Shown: positions 18,979-29,453, counted from the stretch's first letter. The stretch: 64,000 nucleotides of DNA from an uncultured Chloroflexia bacterium (GCA_963704145.1 CAVPHB010000002.1:259878-323877), one strand, 5' to 3'. Numbers and translations are program-made. The notes: generated by a model not told the origin, from the letters alone.

Positions 18979-19545
18979 CTAAGTCTCCTCGTCGATCTCT
19001 TCGATGAGCGTCCTGGACTCCAGGCGCTCCTGGTGCGCGGGCCGGCGGACGACCGGGCGGCGGCGGGCGATCGGTTTGCGCGGCGGCTCCGCGCCGATCT
19101 CGGTGCGCAGGCGAGCGATCAGCTGCGGCACGGTCAACGGGCGCGATGCCCGGCACGCGACGGCGCGCGTGGCATGGCGGTGGGTATCGAACTCGACGAC
19201 ATGGCGCTCGAGGTGGTCACGCACCGTGCCCGGGCCGATGATCAGCAGGTCGTCGTCGGCCGGAAGGTGGCCGGCGACGGTGGTCACGAAACGGGCCAGG
19301 TGCTCGAGTCGGTGGCCCTCCACGGCGGGCAGTGGGGCTCCCCCGCCACCCTGCCGGCCGGGATCGTGGCGCACGTGGCCGCTTGTCCGCGTATGAGCCG
19401 GGACGTCCGACTCGAACCGCTCGACCTTGCCCTCGCCGTCGAGCCAGCGCACGACGAAGGCCTCGCGTGAGTCGATCCAGACCAGCGTTGCCGAACGCTG
19501 CGCGGAGTTGCGCCGCGGCTGTTCCGTTGCGCTGCCAGTGGTCAT
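18979..19545 (-). CDS. eRF1/Pelota-like (Host_attach / baeRF-type) small protein.
   Basis: The ATG at 19545 is preceded by GGAGGA. The pattern ATLVWIDSREAFVVRW...HLARFVTTVAGHL...DDLLIIGPGTVRDHLERHV...RPLTVPQLIARL matches the Host_attach layout as I remember it. This is a recollection, not a search result. Confidence 0.6.
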   Translation of the reverse strand: MTTGSATEQPRRNSAQRSATLVWIDSREAFVVRWLDGEGKVERFESDVPAHTRTSGHVRHDPGRQGGGGAPLPAVEGHRLEHLARFVTTVAGHLPADDDLLIIGPGTVRDHLERHVVEFDTHRHATRAVACRASRPLTVPQLIARLRTEIGAEPPRKPIARRRPVVRRPAHQERLESRTLIEEIDEET

Positions 19546-19677
19546 GGGACCAGGTCCTCCCGGTGTGGGTAGAGAGCGTCGCTTCGATCGGCCTGCCGCG
19601 CATCGGCCGTTCGACGCCCGCTGTGGGGCCAAACGGCCCTAGCGGGCGATGCCAGCCGGACGCGAAATTGAGGGGCG

Positions 19678-21411
19678 ATGGTCGACACCCTCGTCCCGCC
19701 GGCCGACTCGGCAACCGATCTCGAGGCCCCGCGCGAACGCATGGTCGTGCGCCAGCGTGGTCGGGCCCTGATCTGCCACCGGCTGCTCAACAAGGACACC
19801 GGCTTCAGCGACGAGGAGCGCGACACGCTCGGCCTGCGCGGCTTGCTGCCGGCCCGGGTCACGACAATCGACGAGCAGGTGGCGCTCGAGCTGGAGCACG
19901 TCCGGCGCAAGGAGGACGAGCTCGAGCGCTACATCGGCCTGGCGGCGCTGCAGGATCGCAACGAGACCCTCTTCTACCGGCTGCTGTGCGACAACCTCGA
20001 GGAGTTCGTGCCGACCGTCTACACCCCGACGGTCGGCCGGGCCTGCCAGCAGTTCAGCCATATCCTGCGTCGGCCACGCGGTGTCTGGCTGACGCCGGAC
20101 GACGTGGGCCGGATGGACCGCATCCTGCGCAATGCGGCCGACGGCGACGTGCGCCTGATCGTCGTGACCGACAACGAGCGCATCCTGGGCCTGGGCGACC
20201 AGGGCGCGGGCGGGATGCCCATCCCGATCGGCAAGCTGGCCCTGTATACGGCGGCCGCCGGGCTCTATCCGGCCTGGACGCTGCCGGTTTCGCTCGACGT
20301 GGGCACTGATCGCCAGGAACTGCTCGACGATCCGCTGTACCTAGGCTATCGCTCGCCACGCCTGCGCGGTCAGGCCTACGACGATGTGGTCGAGGCGTTC
20401 GTGGAGGCCGTCCAGCGCGTCTTCCCGGCCGCGCTCCTGCAGTGGGAGGACTTCAAGCAGCACAACGCGCTGCGCATCCTCGACCGCTACCGCCACCGCC
20501 TGGCCAGCTTCAACGACGACGTGCAGGGCACGGGCGCCGTCGTGCTGGGCGGCCTGCTTGCCGCGCGGCAGGCTGCCGGCGGTCTGGCCGGCGAACGCTT
20601 CCTGTTCATGGGCTCCGGCGCAGCGGGCATCGGCATCGCCCGGACCGTCACCCGCCAACTGCTGGCCGAAGGTGTCTCGCTCGACGACGCGCGCGAGTCG
20701 ATGGCCCTCATCGACAGCCAGGGCCTGGTCTATCGCGGCCGACCCGGCCTGGATGACGACAAGCAGCCCCACGCGGTCGATCCACGGCCCTACTTCGACA
20801 GCGGCCTGACCACCGGGCAGCTGGCCGATGTCCTGGCTGTCGCGCGCGTGTTGCGCCCGACCGTGCTGATCGGCACGACCGGCACTCGGGGTGCCTTCCC
20901 CGAGGCGCTCATCCGCCAGATTGCCGAGTACCACGAGCGTCCCATCGTGCTGCCGCTGTCCAACCCCGACGACCGGGCCGAGGCACGCGCCTCGGACGTG
21001 ATCGAATGGAGCGGCGGGCGGGCCATCGTGGCCACCGGCAGCCCGAGCAAGAACGTCGAGTACGAAGGCCACATGCGCACCATCGGGCAGGCCAACAACG
21101 TGTTCATCTTCCCCGGCGTCGGATTGGCCGCGGCCGTCGCCGAGGCACGCGCGCTGACCGACGACGCGTTCGTGGTTGCCGCCCGCACGCTTGCCGGGCT
21201 GATCGATCCGGCCGGCCTGGCGGCAGGCACGATCTACCCGCCCATCAGCGCGCTGCGCCCGGTTGCGCGCGCGATCGCCGAGGCAGTCGTGCGCTACCTG
21301 CGCGATGCCGGGTACGGCCGCCAGATCCGCGACGATCAGATCCCGGACGCCGTCGACCGGGCGATGTGGCGACCCGAGTACCTGCCCTACCTGCCCTACC
21401 GCCCGGACTGA
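19678..21411 (+). CDS. NAD(P)-dependent malic enzyme.
   Basis: Intact 577-aa ORF with FNDDVQGTGAVVLGGLL, VVTDNERILGLGDQGAGGMPIPIGKLALYTA and GSGAAGIGIA motifs. Confidence 0.95.
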   Translation: MVDTLVPPADSATDLEAPRERMVVRQRGRALICHRLLNKDTGFSDEERDTLGLRGLLPARVTTIDEQVALELEHVRRKEDELERYIGLAALQDRNETLFYRLLCDNLEEFVPTVYTPTVGRACQQFSHILRRPRGVWLTPDDVGRMDRILRNAADGDVRLIVVTDNERILGLGDQGAGGMPIPIGKLALYTAAAGLYPAWTLPVSLDVGTDRQELLDDPLYLGYRSPRLRGQAYDDVVEAFVEAVQRVFPAALLQWEDFKQHNALRILDRYRHRLASFNDDVQGTGAVVLGGLLAARQAAGGLAGERFLFMGSGAAGIGIARTVTRQLLAEGVSLDDARESMALIDSQGLVYRGRPGLDDDKQPHAVDPRPYFDSGLTTGQLADVLAVARVLRPTVLIGTTGTRGAFPEALIRQIAEYHERPIVLPLSNPDDRAEARASDVIEWSGGRAIVATGSPSKNVEYEGHMRTIGQANNVFIFPGVGLAAAVAEARALTDDAFVVAARTLAGLIDPAGLAAGTIYPPISALRPVARAIAEAVVRYLRDAGYGRQIRDDQIPDAVDRAMWRPEYLPYLPYRPD

Positions 21412-21501
21412 TCGCCCGGCGCCAGGGCACCACGCGGCGCCCCTCGGCGGCGCTACCATCCGGCAGTTAGAGACCGTTAGTGCTGCAGCTGCGAGGTTCC
21501 C

Positions 21502-22008
21502 GTGCCTGATCTAGCGCCCTTCCATGGGTTGTTCGTCTTTGTCCACGTGCTCGGCGTGTTCCTGTTCCTGCTCGCCCACGGGGTATCGGCGGCGGTCATG
21601 CTCCGGATCCGCGGCGAGAGTGACGTGGTCGCGCTGCGCACGCTGCTCGACCTGTCGCGGCGGACCTTCGCGGCCATGGCTGCCGGCTTCCTGATCTGGT
21701 TCTTCAGCGGCGTGCTGGCCGGCTTCAGCGGCAACTTCTGGACCACCGGCCGCTACTGGATCTGGGCGGCGCTCGCGATCGGGGTGCTGGTCGTCGGGAT
21801 CATGACGCCGCTCGGCCGGTCCTATTTCGAGCGCCTGCGCGCGGCACTGGGGATCGACGCAAAGACGGGCGTTGTTGACCCTAATGCGAGCGTGGACCCG
21901 GCCGCGGTTGAGGCGCTGGTCGCGTCCGGCCGCCCGATGCTGCTGGCGGCAATCGGCGTGGGCGGGGTGGTGGTGCTGTCCTGGCTGATGATGTTCAAGC
22001 CGTTCTAG
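21502..22008 (+). CDS. Polytopic membrane protein (DUF2269-like).
   Basis: 168-aa ORF with four hydrophobic helices. The family call is from memory only. Confidence 0.75.
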   Translation: MPDLAPFHGLFVFVHVLGVFLFLLAHGVSAAVMLRIRGESDVVALRTLLDLSRRTFAAMAAGFLIWFFSGVLAGFSGNFWTTGRYWIWAALAIGVLVVGIMTPLGRSYFERLRAALGIDAKTGVVDPNASVDPAAVEALVASGRPMLLAAIGVGGVVVLSWLMMFKPF

Positions 22009-22292
22009 GGTTGGCAAACGGACGCCCGTGTGCAACACTTCGGGAGTTCCGCCGCGAGAGGCTCGGCGGGGCCTAGAAACCCAGGCCGCCGTCAGGAAAG
22101 ACGACAGCGCGGGCAGAGGAGGGATGTCCCCAGACATCCGCAGCCCGTAGGTCCAACAGCCGCCCGATTGCGCCCCAGCGTTCGGTCGACTTGGTCGCTT
22201 ATGACAGGACCGTCTGCCGTGCCCTGACCCGTGGGGAGGCCGCCAGCGATTGAGAGTGCACCCCAGCGCACTGCCCATCGAGGAGAAGTCAA

Positions 22293-22847
22293 TTGACATA
22301 CGCAGTACCGGGCGCACAGATCGCCCGACTCCCAAGTTCGCCGTGGACCGGTCAACTGCGCCGCCTGGCGCTCGTGCTGATCGCTCTTGCACTCGCCGTG
22401 ACCCTCGTCGCCATTGAGGCGCCCGCCGCCGCCCAGGCCAGGGCGTCGGGCCGCACCGAGGCTCAGCAAATCGTCAACATCACCATGAGCCGCCTTGGTG
22501 CCCGATTCCAAATGGGAGCGGAGGGCCCGCGCCGCTTCGACTGCTCTGGCCTGATCTACAGCGTCTACAAGCAGGCCGGGCTGCTCAGCCGCGTCGGCGG
22601 GCAGCGCAAGCTCGCGGCCGGTTACTACCACTGGTTCAAGCAGCGCGGGCTGGCCAGCCGCAACAACCCTAGGGTGGGCGACCTCGTCATCTGGACGCAC
22701 AAGGGCCGCATTTCCCACTCGGGCATCTTTGTCGGCAACGGCCGCGTCATCAGCGCCTTGATCAACCCGTGGGGCGTCAAGCGAACCCACATCAATACGA
22801 TCCACGCCAAGTTCCTGGCCTTCCTGCACGTGCGCCTGGCACGCTGA
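22293..22847 (+). CDS. NlpC/P60 (C40) cell-wall peptidase.
   Basis: 184-aa ORF with an N-terminal TM/signal segment, the catalytic Cys in FDCSGLIYSVY and the His in ISHSGIFVG. Confidence 0.9.
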   Translation: MTYAVPGAQIARLPSSPWTGQLRRLALVLIALALAVTLVAIEAPAAAQARASGRTEAQQIVNITMSRLGARFQMGAEGPRRFDCSGLIYSVYKQAGLLSRVGGQRKLAAGYYHWFKQRGLASRNNPRVGDLVIWTHKGRISHSGIFVGNGRVISALINPWGVKRTHINTIHAKFLAFLHVRLAR

Positions 22848-22876
22848 CAGGCGCGCGCAGCACTTGCCGCAAGAGG

Positions 22877-22909
22877 AGAGACGCGGCCGGCACAGCCGGC
22901 CGCGTCTCT
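22877..22909. terminator. Bidirectional hairpin between convergent genes.
   Basis: Perfect 15-bp inverted repeat: agagacgcggccggc, loop aca, gccggccgcgtctct. It is followed by gtgtgtct. Confidence 0.6.
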
Positions 22910-22937
22910 GTGTGTCTGGCCGGCAGGGAGGAGCTGG

Positions 22938-25088
22938 CTACTCGATCACGATCATCGAGTTGAGGATGCGGTAGGGCTCCTGGCTGTCGAACCACTCGTA
23001 CGGCCCGTAGGCCATGCCCAGCAAGGCTGCGCCGTCGCTGGTCAGACCGGCGCCGATGCGCACGTAGCCTGAGCCGTAGTCGTACCAGCGCCACGCCGTG
23101 CCAGACAGGCCCATGAAGTAGTCGGCCTGGGTGCCCGTCTCCTCGACGTAGGTCGGTGGCGCGGGGAACAGGTCGGTGAACGACTCGAGCGTGACCTCCG
23201 CGACCGATACGGCCAGGTCGGGCAGCGCGCGCAGGCTGCCCAGGAGCGGGAAGCGCGCGGCATAGGCACCGTACTGCCCATCGCTGCTCTGGAAGCCGTC
23301 GATTAGGCCGGGCAGGCGATCCTCGAGCCGCTGCCACTCCGGCGGCCGGCAGAAGGCGATGGTCATGTCGCGCGCGAAGAACGACTCGTAGGCCGGGAAG
23401 TCGGCGGCGCCGCTCGCCTCCGCGGCCAGCCGGCCGTTGACGAACAGCTCGACCCGGTAGTTGCCCGGCGGCAGACAGGCCGGCGGGAGGACCCGGCTCA
23501 TGTATGGCGACAGCTGGAACAAGCGACCGTCGGAGCCGATGCTCGGCGCCTCTGTCTGCGACACCTCGGGCATGACCGCCCAGCCCAGGCCGGTGGGATC
23601 CTGGTGGTACCACTGGGCCGAGATCGTGTCCCGGGTTGGGTCGTAGGTCGGGACACTGCCCTGCCACTGCAGCTCGGCCGGGAAGATGTCCAGCTGGATG
23701 TCGGCAAAGACCGCCGGGGATGACGGCGGCGCGTCAAGCGACTGGGCGGTTACGCGGCCCACGATGTGCTCCTTGAATCCGCGGATGCTCTGATCGAGGT
23801 CGGGTCGGTAGCGGCGGACCATCTCGAGATCGGTCAGGGCGCCGGCCAGCCAGCGCTCCTCCCCATACGGCTCCTGGCGCAGTTCGGTGATCGCGTCATC
23901 GACGTACAGCGTCCGTGCGACCGCGTCCTGGTAGGCCGAGCGAGCCTCGTCCAGCCGGTCTGCGGCGACCAGGGCAACGGCCAGGTTGTAGCGGTAGACG
24001 GGCTCGCCCGGATCGAGCGCGATTGCTCGACGGGTGAGCTCCGCGCTCTGGTTGAGGAGGGCCAGGTCGCCCTCCTGGACTCCCTGCGCGAAGCCGTAGA
24101 AGGCGAGCGAGCCGAAGGTCGAGGCGTTCGCCAGCCCGAGCGCGTGAGCGGCCTGGAGATCCGCCCTCGCCCGCTCGAGCGCCTCGGGCGGGACGATGCT
24201 CACGAAACCGCTGTACTGCGGGCTGTCGCGCAGGAAGATGGCGCCCGATCGGTCGGCGTATGCCCGGGCGAAGGTCGGGCGGAGCTCGATCGCGCGGTCG
24301 TAGTGGGCCAGCGCTGCGTCGTAGTCGGCGCTGTCGACGGCGGTGATCAGCGCCACCCGCCCCCGGGCGTACTCGGCGGCCGCCTCATCGTTCGTTTCGT
24401 GGGCCGGCAGGGCCGATGTCTGGACCAGCCACAGCAGCCCGGCACCGAGCAGGCTGAGGCCGACGCCCAGGAAACCCAGGCGCTGCCAGCGGCCGACGAC
24501 CGCGAGCGTCAGGCCGAACAGGTACAGGCTCACCGCGAGCATGGCCAGGATCGCCGTGTAGCTCGCAGCGCGCCCGTCGAGGCCGGCCGCCTCCTCGTTG
24601 GCTGCGTCCTGCAGCGCGTTGAGACGGAGGCTCTCCTCCGTTGCCGCCGCGAAGTAGCGCGTCGGGAAGGCGGGATCCTGATCGGGCCCGAACTCCGACA
24701 GCGGGTCAACCCCCGACAGCTCGAGGGTTCCGGCCGCGAGCGTTTCCCAGCGCTGCTGCTCGAGCGTCAAGACGTTGGCGCGAACGGCATCAGATTCCGC
24801 ATACATGCTGGCCACCAGCGCGTTGCCGGCCCGGGTGCGCTGCTCGACCCACAGGGCGAACGTCTCCAGCTCGACCTGCGCGGTCTGCTGGGCGGCCTGC
24901 GAGCTGGCCAGTGCCTGGAGCGAGAGCTCCTCCGCCTGGTCGCGCCGGTCATGGGCCTGGTTGGCGGTATCAGCCTGCAGGAAACCGGCCAGGGCCGCGA
25001 GGAGCGTGGTGAAAGCGATGATGATCGCCACGACGCCCGAGAGGCGCTCGTCGCTGGACTGGGCCTGGATGGCCGGGCTCGCGGTCAC
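22938..25088 (-). CDS. Membrane protein: an N-terminal TM/coiled-coil/TM module, TPR-like repeats and a C-terminal globular domain.
   Basis: Intact 716-aa ORF with hydrophobic helices at the N-terminus and around residues 175-230, and helical-repeat sequence (YDRAIELRPTFARAYADRS...). Confidence 0.85.
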   Translation of the reverse strand: MTASPAIQAQSSDERLSGVVAIIIAFTTLLAALAGFLQADTANQAHDRRDQAEELSLQALASSQAAQQTAQVELETFALWVEQRTRAGNALVASMYAESDAVRANVLTLEQQRWETLAAGTLELSGVDPLSEFGPDQDPAFPTRYFAAATEESLRLNALQDAANEEAAGLDGRAASYTAILAMLAVSLYLFGLTLAVVGRWQRLGFLGVGLSLLGAGLLWLVQTSALPAHETNDEAAAEYARGRVALITAVDSADYDAALAHYDRAIELRPTFARAYADRSGAIFLRDSPQYSGFVSIVPPEALERARADLQAAHALGLANASTFGSLAFYGFAQGVQEGDLALLNQSAELTRRAIALDPGEPVYRYNLAVALVAADRLDEARSAYQDAVARTLYVDDAITELRQEPYGEERWLAGALTDLEMVRRYRPDLDQSIRGFKEHIVGRVTAQSLDAPPSSPAVFADIQLDIFPAELQWQGSVPTYDPTRDTISAQWYHQDPTGLGWAVMPEVSQTEAPSIGSDGRLFQLSPYMSRVLPPACLPPGNYRVELFVNGRLAAEASGAADFPAYESFFARDMTIAFCRPPEWQRLEDRLPGLIDGFQSSDGQYGAYAARFPLLGSLRALPDLAVSVAEVTLESFTDLFPAPPTYVEETGTQADYFMGLSGTAWRWYDYGSGYVRIGAGLTSDGAALLGMAYGPYEWFDSQEPYRILNSMIVIE

Positions 25089-25831
25089 GTGAACACCTCG
25101 ACGAACACGATACCGAGCGCACCGATGAGGACGAACACGCCGCCCGCGACGAAGAAGGCCTGGTGCACACGCCTGCGCGTGCGACTGACCTGCGCCACGG
25201 TCAGCAGGAACAGAGCGGCGATGACTATTGCGGCGAGCGCGATCAGGTTGAGAGAGCGGCTGTCAGCGCGCTCGGCAAGCTCGACCGTGCCCTGCGTGCG
25301 CAACTCGCGCAGCTCCGTGTCGCCAGCGCGCAGGTTGCGCAGGACATAGGCTCGGTCGTAGGCGACCGTGCCGTCGTCGTCCAGGTAGATGCCGCTCGCG
25401 CCGAGGAAGAAGGGCTGCGTTGCACGGGCCAGGGCGCGATGGGCCTGGGCGTCCAGGTCGAGGATGTCGGCCGTCGCCGAATCGCTCTCGCGCAGCGCGT
25501 CGGCCTGGGCCTGGAACTCGCGCGCGGCGAGCGCGTGCTCCTGGAAGAACAGCACGAAGCGCTCGTCCTGGGCAACGACGCCCTCCGACAGCCTTTCCAG
25601 CTGATTCCGCCGGGCGGACTCCTGCACGGCCAGGCTCTGATAGCGCGAGGCGTCGATCGAGGCGAGCGATGCCCGCCAGGCGAGGACGGCCGAGAAGACC
25701 GAGGCGAAGGCGATGAGGACGGCCAACAAAGCCGCCGAGCCCTGTGGGTGACGCAGCGCGCTCATCACGCGCGACTGCCGCGCGGGCGGAGGCTGCGGAC
25801 CGAAGGCGTTGCCGGGCGCGTAGGACACCAC
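25085..25831 (-). CDS. Membrane protein with the same TM/coiled-coil/TM architecture as the N-terminus of the downstream gene.
   Basis: 248-aa ORF, possibly starting at the internal MSALRHP. Its stop overlaps the start of 22938..25088 by 4 nt. Confidence 0.7.
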   Translation of the reverse strand: MVSYAPGNAFGPQPPPARQSRVMSALRHPQGSAALLAVLIAFASVFSAVLAWRASLASIDASRYQSLAVQESARRNQLERLSEGVVAQDERFVLFFQEHALAAREFQAQADALRESDSATADILDLDAQAHRALARATQPFFLGASGIYLDDDGTVAYDRAYVLRNLRAGDTELRELRTQGTVELAERADSRSLNLIALAAIVIAALFLLTVAQVSRTRRRVHQAFFVAGGVFVLIGALGIVFVEVFT

Positions 25832-26202
25832 GGCGGCCAGAATACCGGACGGCAGTGCCGGTCCAGCCGAGGTGGCCGACGCGGGCCGCCGGGGGCCGAC
25901 GGGGGCCTGGCGGGGTCAGGTGGGGCCCGGCGAGAGGCTATGCACCAGCTGACTCAACGGATCGCCGAGCAGCCTGGCCCAGCCGCCGCCCTGCTCGCGG
26001 CCGGCTCTCAGGTGGCAATTCAGTCAGCCCGTGCATGACAGCGCGTCCGGGATGGTGCCCGGAGCGCCGCCACGAGCGATTCCGCCTGGCCGAGCGACCG
26101 TTCAGGCACACGCTGACTAAGCCGTTGGCGGGCGGATGGGAGGCGCGGTTCGGCTGTCCGCGACGCGGGCATGTGCTCCGCGCGTGTAGCATCGCGGGTG
26201 AG

Positions 26203-28606
26203 ATGGTGACGCACATGAAGACGCCTGCTGTCGACGCGCTGTACCGCACCGCCGAGCGTGACTTCGCTCGCTGGGAGATCCTCAAGGACCTGATCGACGA
26301 GTCGATCGACCTCGCCCTGAACTACCGCCAGAGCGGCCACCCGGGCGGCTCGCGCTCCAAGGTCCACGCGCTGCTGGCGCTGCTCTTCTCGGGCGCGATG
26401 CGCTGGGACCTGCGCCGCCCGTGGCGGCCGTTCCAGGATCGTTTCGTGCTCTCGGCCGGCCACACCGTGCCGCTCGTCTACGCCACGCTGGCCGTGCTCA
26501 ACGAGGGTCTGCGTGCGCGCCACGAACGCGACGGCGACGACCGCTTCGCGTTCCCCGACGACGGGCAGTGGGCGCTCACCTGGGAGCATCTGCTCAGGCT
26601 GCGCCGCCGCGGCGGGCTGCCAGGACACGCCGAGATGGAGGGCAAGACGCTCTTCCTCAAGTTCAACACCGGACCGTCCGGCCATGGCATGCCGCCCGCC
26701 GCAGGCGAGGCACTGGCGCTCAAGCTGGCCGGCGCCGAAGAGGTCAAGGTCTTCGTGGTCGAGGGCGAGGGCGGCCTGACGCCGGGCGCAAGCCACGAGA
26801 CGCGCCACACGGCCTGGGGCCTGGGGCTGTCCAACCTCGTCTTCCTGGTCGACTGGAACGACTTCGGCATCGACGAGCGCCCCCTCTCGTCGGTCGTGTA
26901 TGGCACGCCCGAGGACTGGTTCGAGCGCTACGGCTGGCGCGTCACCGGCACCGAAGAAGGCTCGGAGTGGGCACCTGTGACGCGCGCCGTGCTCGAGGCC
27001 GCGCGGGGCGACAACCCGCAGCGCGTGCCGTCGGTCGCCTGGTTCAAGACGCGCAAGGGCCGCGGCTACGGCAAGTACGACGCCAAGAGCCACGGCACGC
27101 CCGCACCCCATGAACGCGCCCGAGTTCTGGACGGTGCGCAAGGCGTTCATGGACAAGTACGGCGTCGCCTACGAGGGCGTGGACGAGCCGGCACCCACGG
27201 ACCCGACCGCGCGCGAAGCGCAGGCGCGCGTCAACTTCACGGTGGCGATGAGCGTGCTGCGGCGCGATCCGGAGCTGACCGATTGGCTCTCTGATCGGCT
27301 GCTCGAGATTGCGGCGACGGTCCCGGATTCGGTCGACGGGTTCAACCTCGATCAGCCCGCCGCAGTCGAAGGCGCAACGGCGGCCCACCGCGGCCGCGAC
27401 CTGTTCAGCGACCCGCGCCTGCTGGACGCGCGCGCCTATCCGCCCGAGATGTGGAGGCAACCGGGCGACAAGCAGCCCAACCGCGCCGCGCTCGGCGCCT
27501 GGGGCGCGTGGGTCAATGCATTTGCGCGCCGCGAATACGGGCGCCCACTGTTCATCGGCGCCTCGGCGGACCTCGCCGAATTCGACCAACCTGTCCGGCT
27601 TCGCCAAGGACTTCGGCGACATGCCCGGCTGGGGCTGGTACGAGCGCGACGGCAACCCGCGCGGCACCGTGTTGCCGACCGAGATCACCGAGTTCACCAA
27701 CGCCGGGATGATGGTCGGCCTGGCCACGGTCAACCTGGCCGATGACCCGTTCACCAACTTCAACGGCTTCTGGGGCACGTGCTCGACCTACGGCTCGTTC
27801 TCGTACCTGAAGTACGGCCCGATGCGCCTCTTTTCCCAGCTCGCCCAGGACTGCGAGCTCAAGCTGGGCAAGGTGCTCTGGATCGCCGGCCACGCCGGCC
27901 CCGAGACGGCCGAGGACTCGCGCACCCACTTCGGCATCTTCGCCACCGGCGTCACCCAGCTCTTCCCCGAAGGCCACGTGATCGACCTCCACCCGTGGGA
28001 ATACAACGAGGTACCGGTGCTCCTGGCAGCGGCGCTGTCAACGGACGTGCCCATCGTCGCCCTGCACCTGACCCGGCCGGCGATCGAGCTGCCCGACCGC
28101 GCGGCGCTGGGCATGCCGTCGCACTTCGAGGCGGCGCGGGCGCCTATGTCATGCGCGATTTCCACCCCGGGTCGGCGCGCGGCGGCACGGTCTTCGTGCA
28201 GGGCACGACCAGCACGGCGAATGTCGTCAAGGTCCTGCCACGGCTGGATGAGCGCGGCCTGAACGTCAAGATCGTGGCCTGCATCAGCCCACAGCTGTTC
28301 CGCATGCAAGAGGCCGCCTATCGCTCGGCGACGATCTCGGACGCCGACCGCTGGGACGGCATGGCGATCACCAACCGCGCCTTCAAGCTGATGTCCGACT
28401 GGGTCGAGGGGCCCCTCGCACAGGAGTATTCGCTCTCGTCCGACTGGGACAACCGCTGGCGAACGGGTGGCACGGTCGAGGAAGTGATCGAGGAGGCGCA
28501 CCTGTCGCCCGACTACATCGTCGAGGGGATCGAACGCTTCGTGCGCGAGCGCGACGAGCGCATCGAACGCCTGCGCGAGATGGTCGAGGCCGCCGCGAGC
28601 CGCTGA
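26203..28606 (+). CDS. tkt: Transketolase-family TPP enzyme, broken by three frame switches in this assembly.
   Basis: Assembled from track ORFs 25744..27294, 27110..27745, 27309..28262 and 27779..28606. Motifs include RQSGHPGGS, GPSGHGMP and VEGEGGLTPG. The frame switches are at about 27105 (C run), 27585 and 28140 (G run). The Arg/Pro-rich sequence before ATG 26203 is rejected. Confidence 0.85.
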
Positions 28607-28628
28607 ACCCGACCGCAATCCGGCGCCG

Positions 28629-29453
28629 CTAGCCGGCGACCACCAGCGCGACCCCGAGCGCGACGACGACCGAGCCGGCGATCCGCGCCGGGCCGACGCG
28701 CTCCTTGAGCACCAATCCGCCGAGCAGCGTGGCGATGACGACACCAACCTCGCGCACGGCGGCGACGCTCGCCGCAGCGGCCGTGGTCAGCGCGATCAAC
28801 ACCAAAGCGTAAGTGGCGAACGTCGCCACGCCGCCAGCGACGCTGAGCGGGGAGATGGCCGCGCGCAGGCGCGCGACACCGCCGCGCGACACGACGAAGG
28901 CCAGCGACGCAACCGCCGGCAGGACCATGATCAGCGCCAGGTAGGCGACCGGGTCGGCGTAGCGGACACCCTCCTTGTCGACCAGCGTGTAGGTGGCGAT
29001 GGTGGCCGCCACCGCGAGCGCCACGGCGACGTCGGACAGGCGCGCGCCGCCGCGCAGGCCGCGCACCAGAACGACCCCCAGGCCGACCAGCGTCACGCCC
29101 GCCGCCTGGGCGAGCGAGCTGCCCGCTCCGAGCATGAACACCGACACGACCAGCACGATGACCGGCGCCGAGCCGCGCGCGACGGGATAGACCAGGCTCA
29201 TCTCGGCCCGCCGGTAGGCCGTCGTCAGCAGCCAGAAATAGAGCACCTCGATCACCGCCGAGAGGGCGATGTACGGCCACGCCGCGGGCTGGACGTTCCA
29301 GCGTGCGATGGCTAACGGGGTACCGACCACGACACCAACCGTGAGTGCCACAGCGGTTGCCGCCAGCGTGTCCGGTGCGCGGGCAATGACCAGGTTCCAG
29401 AAGGCGTGCAACAGCGCCGCGGCCAGGACGATGGCGAGCGTCGTCAGCGCCAC
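28629..29453 (-). CDS. EamA/DMT-family transporter.
   Basis: Intact 274-aa ORF with about 10 hydrophobic helices and a duplicated EamA-like organisation. Confidence 0.85.
   Translation of the reverse strand: MALTTLAIVLAAALLHAFWNLVIARAPDTLAATAVALTVGVVVGTPLAIARWNVQPAAWPYIALSAVIEVLYFWLLTTAYRRAEMSLVYPVARGSAPVIVLVVSVFMLGAGSSLAQAAGVTLVGLGVVLVRGLRGGARLSDVAVALAVAATIATYTLVDKEGVRYADPVAYLALIMVLPAVASLAFVVSRGGVARLRAAISPLSVAGGVATFATYALVLIALTTAAAASVAAVREVGVVIATLLGGLVLKERVGPARIAGSVVVALGVALVVAG

Noticed and set aside
23766-25349. 527-aa plus-strand ORF
   Set aside because: It is antisense to the intact 716-aa and 248-aa membrane-protein genes, and its composition is low-complexity Arg/Gly/Glu.
25744-26202. 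153-aa N-terminal extension of the transketolase ORF
   Set aside because: It is Arg/Pro/Ala-rich and lacks transketolase homology. The conserved sequence starts at ATG 26203.
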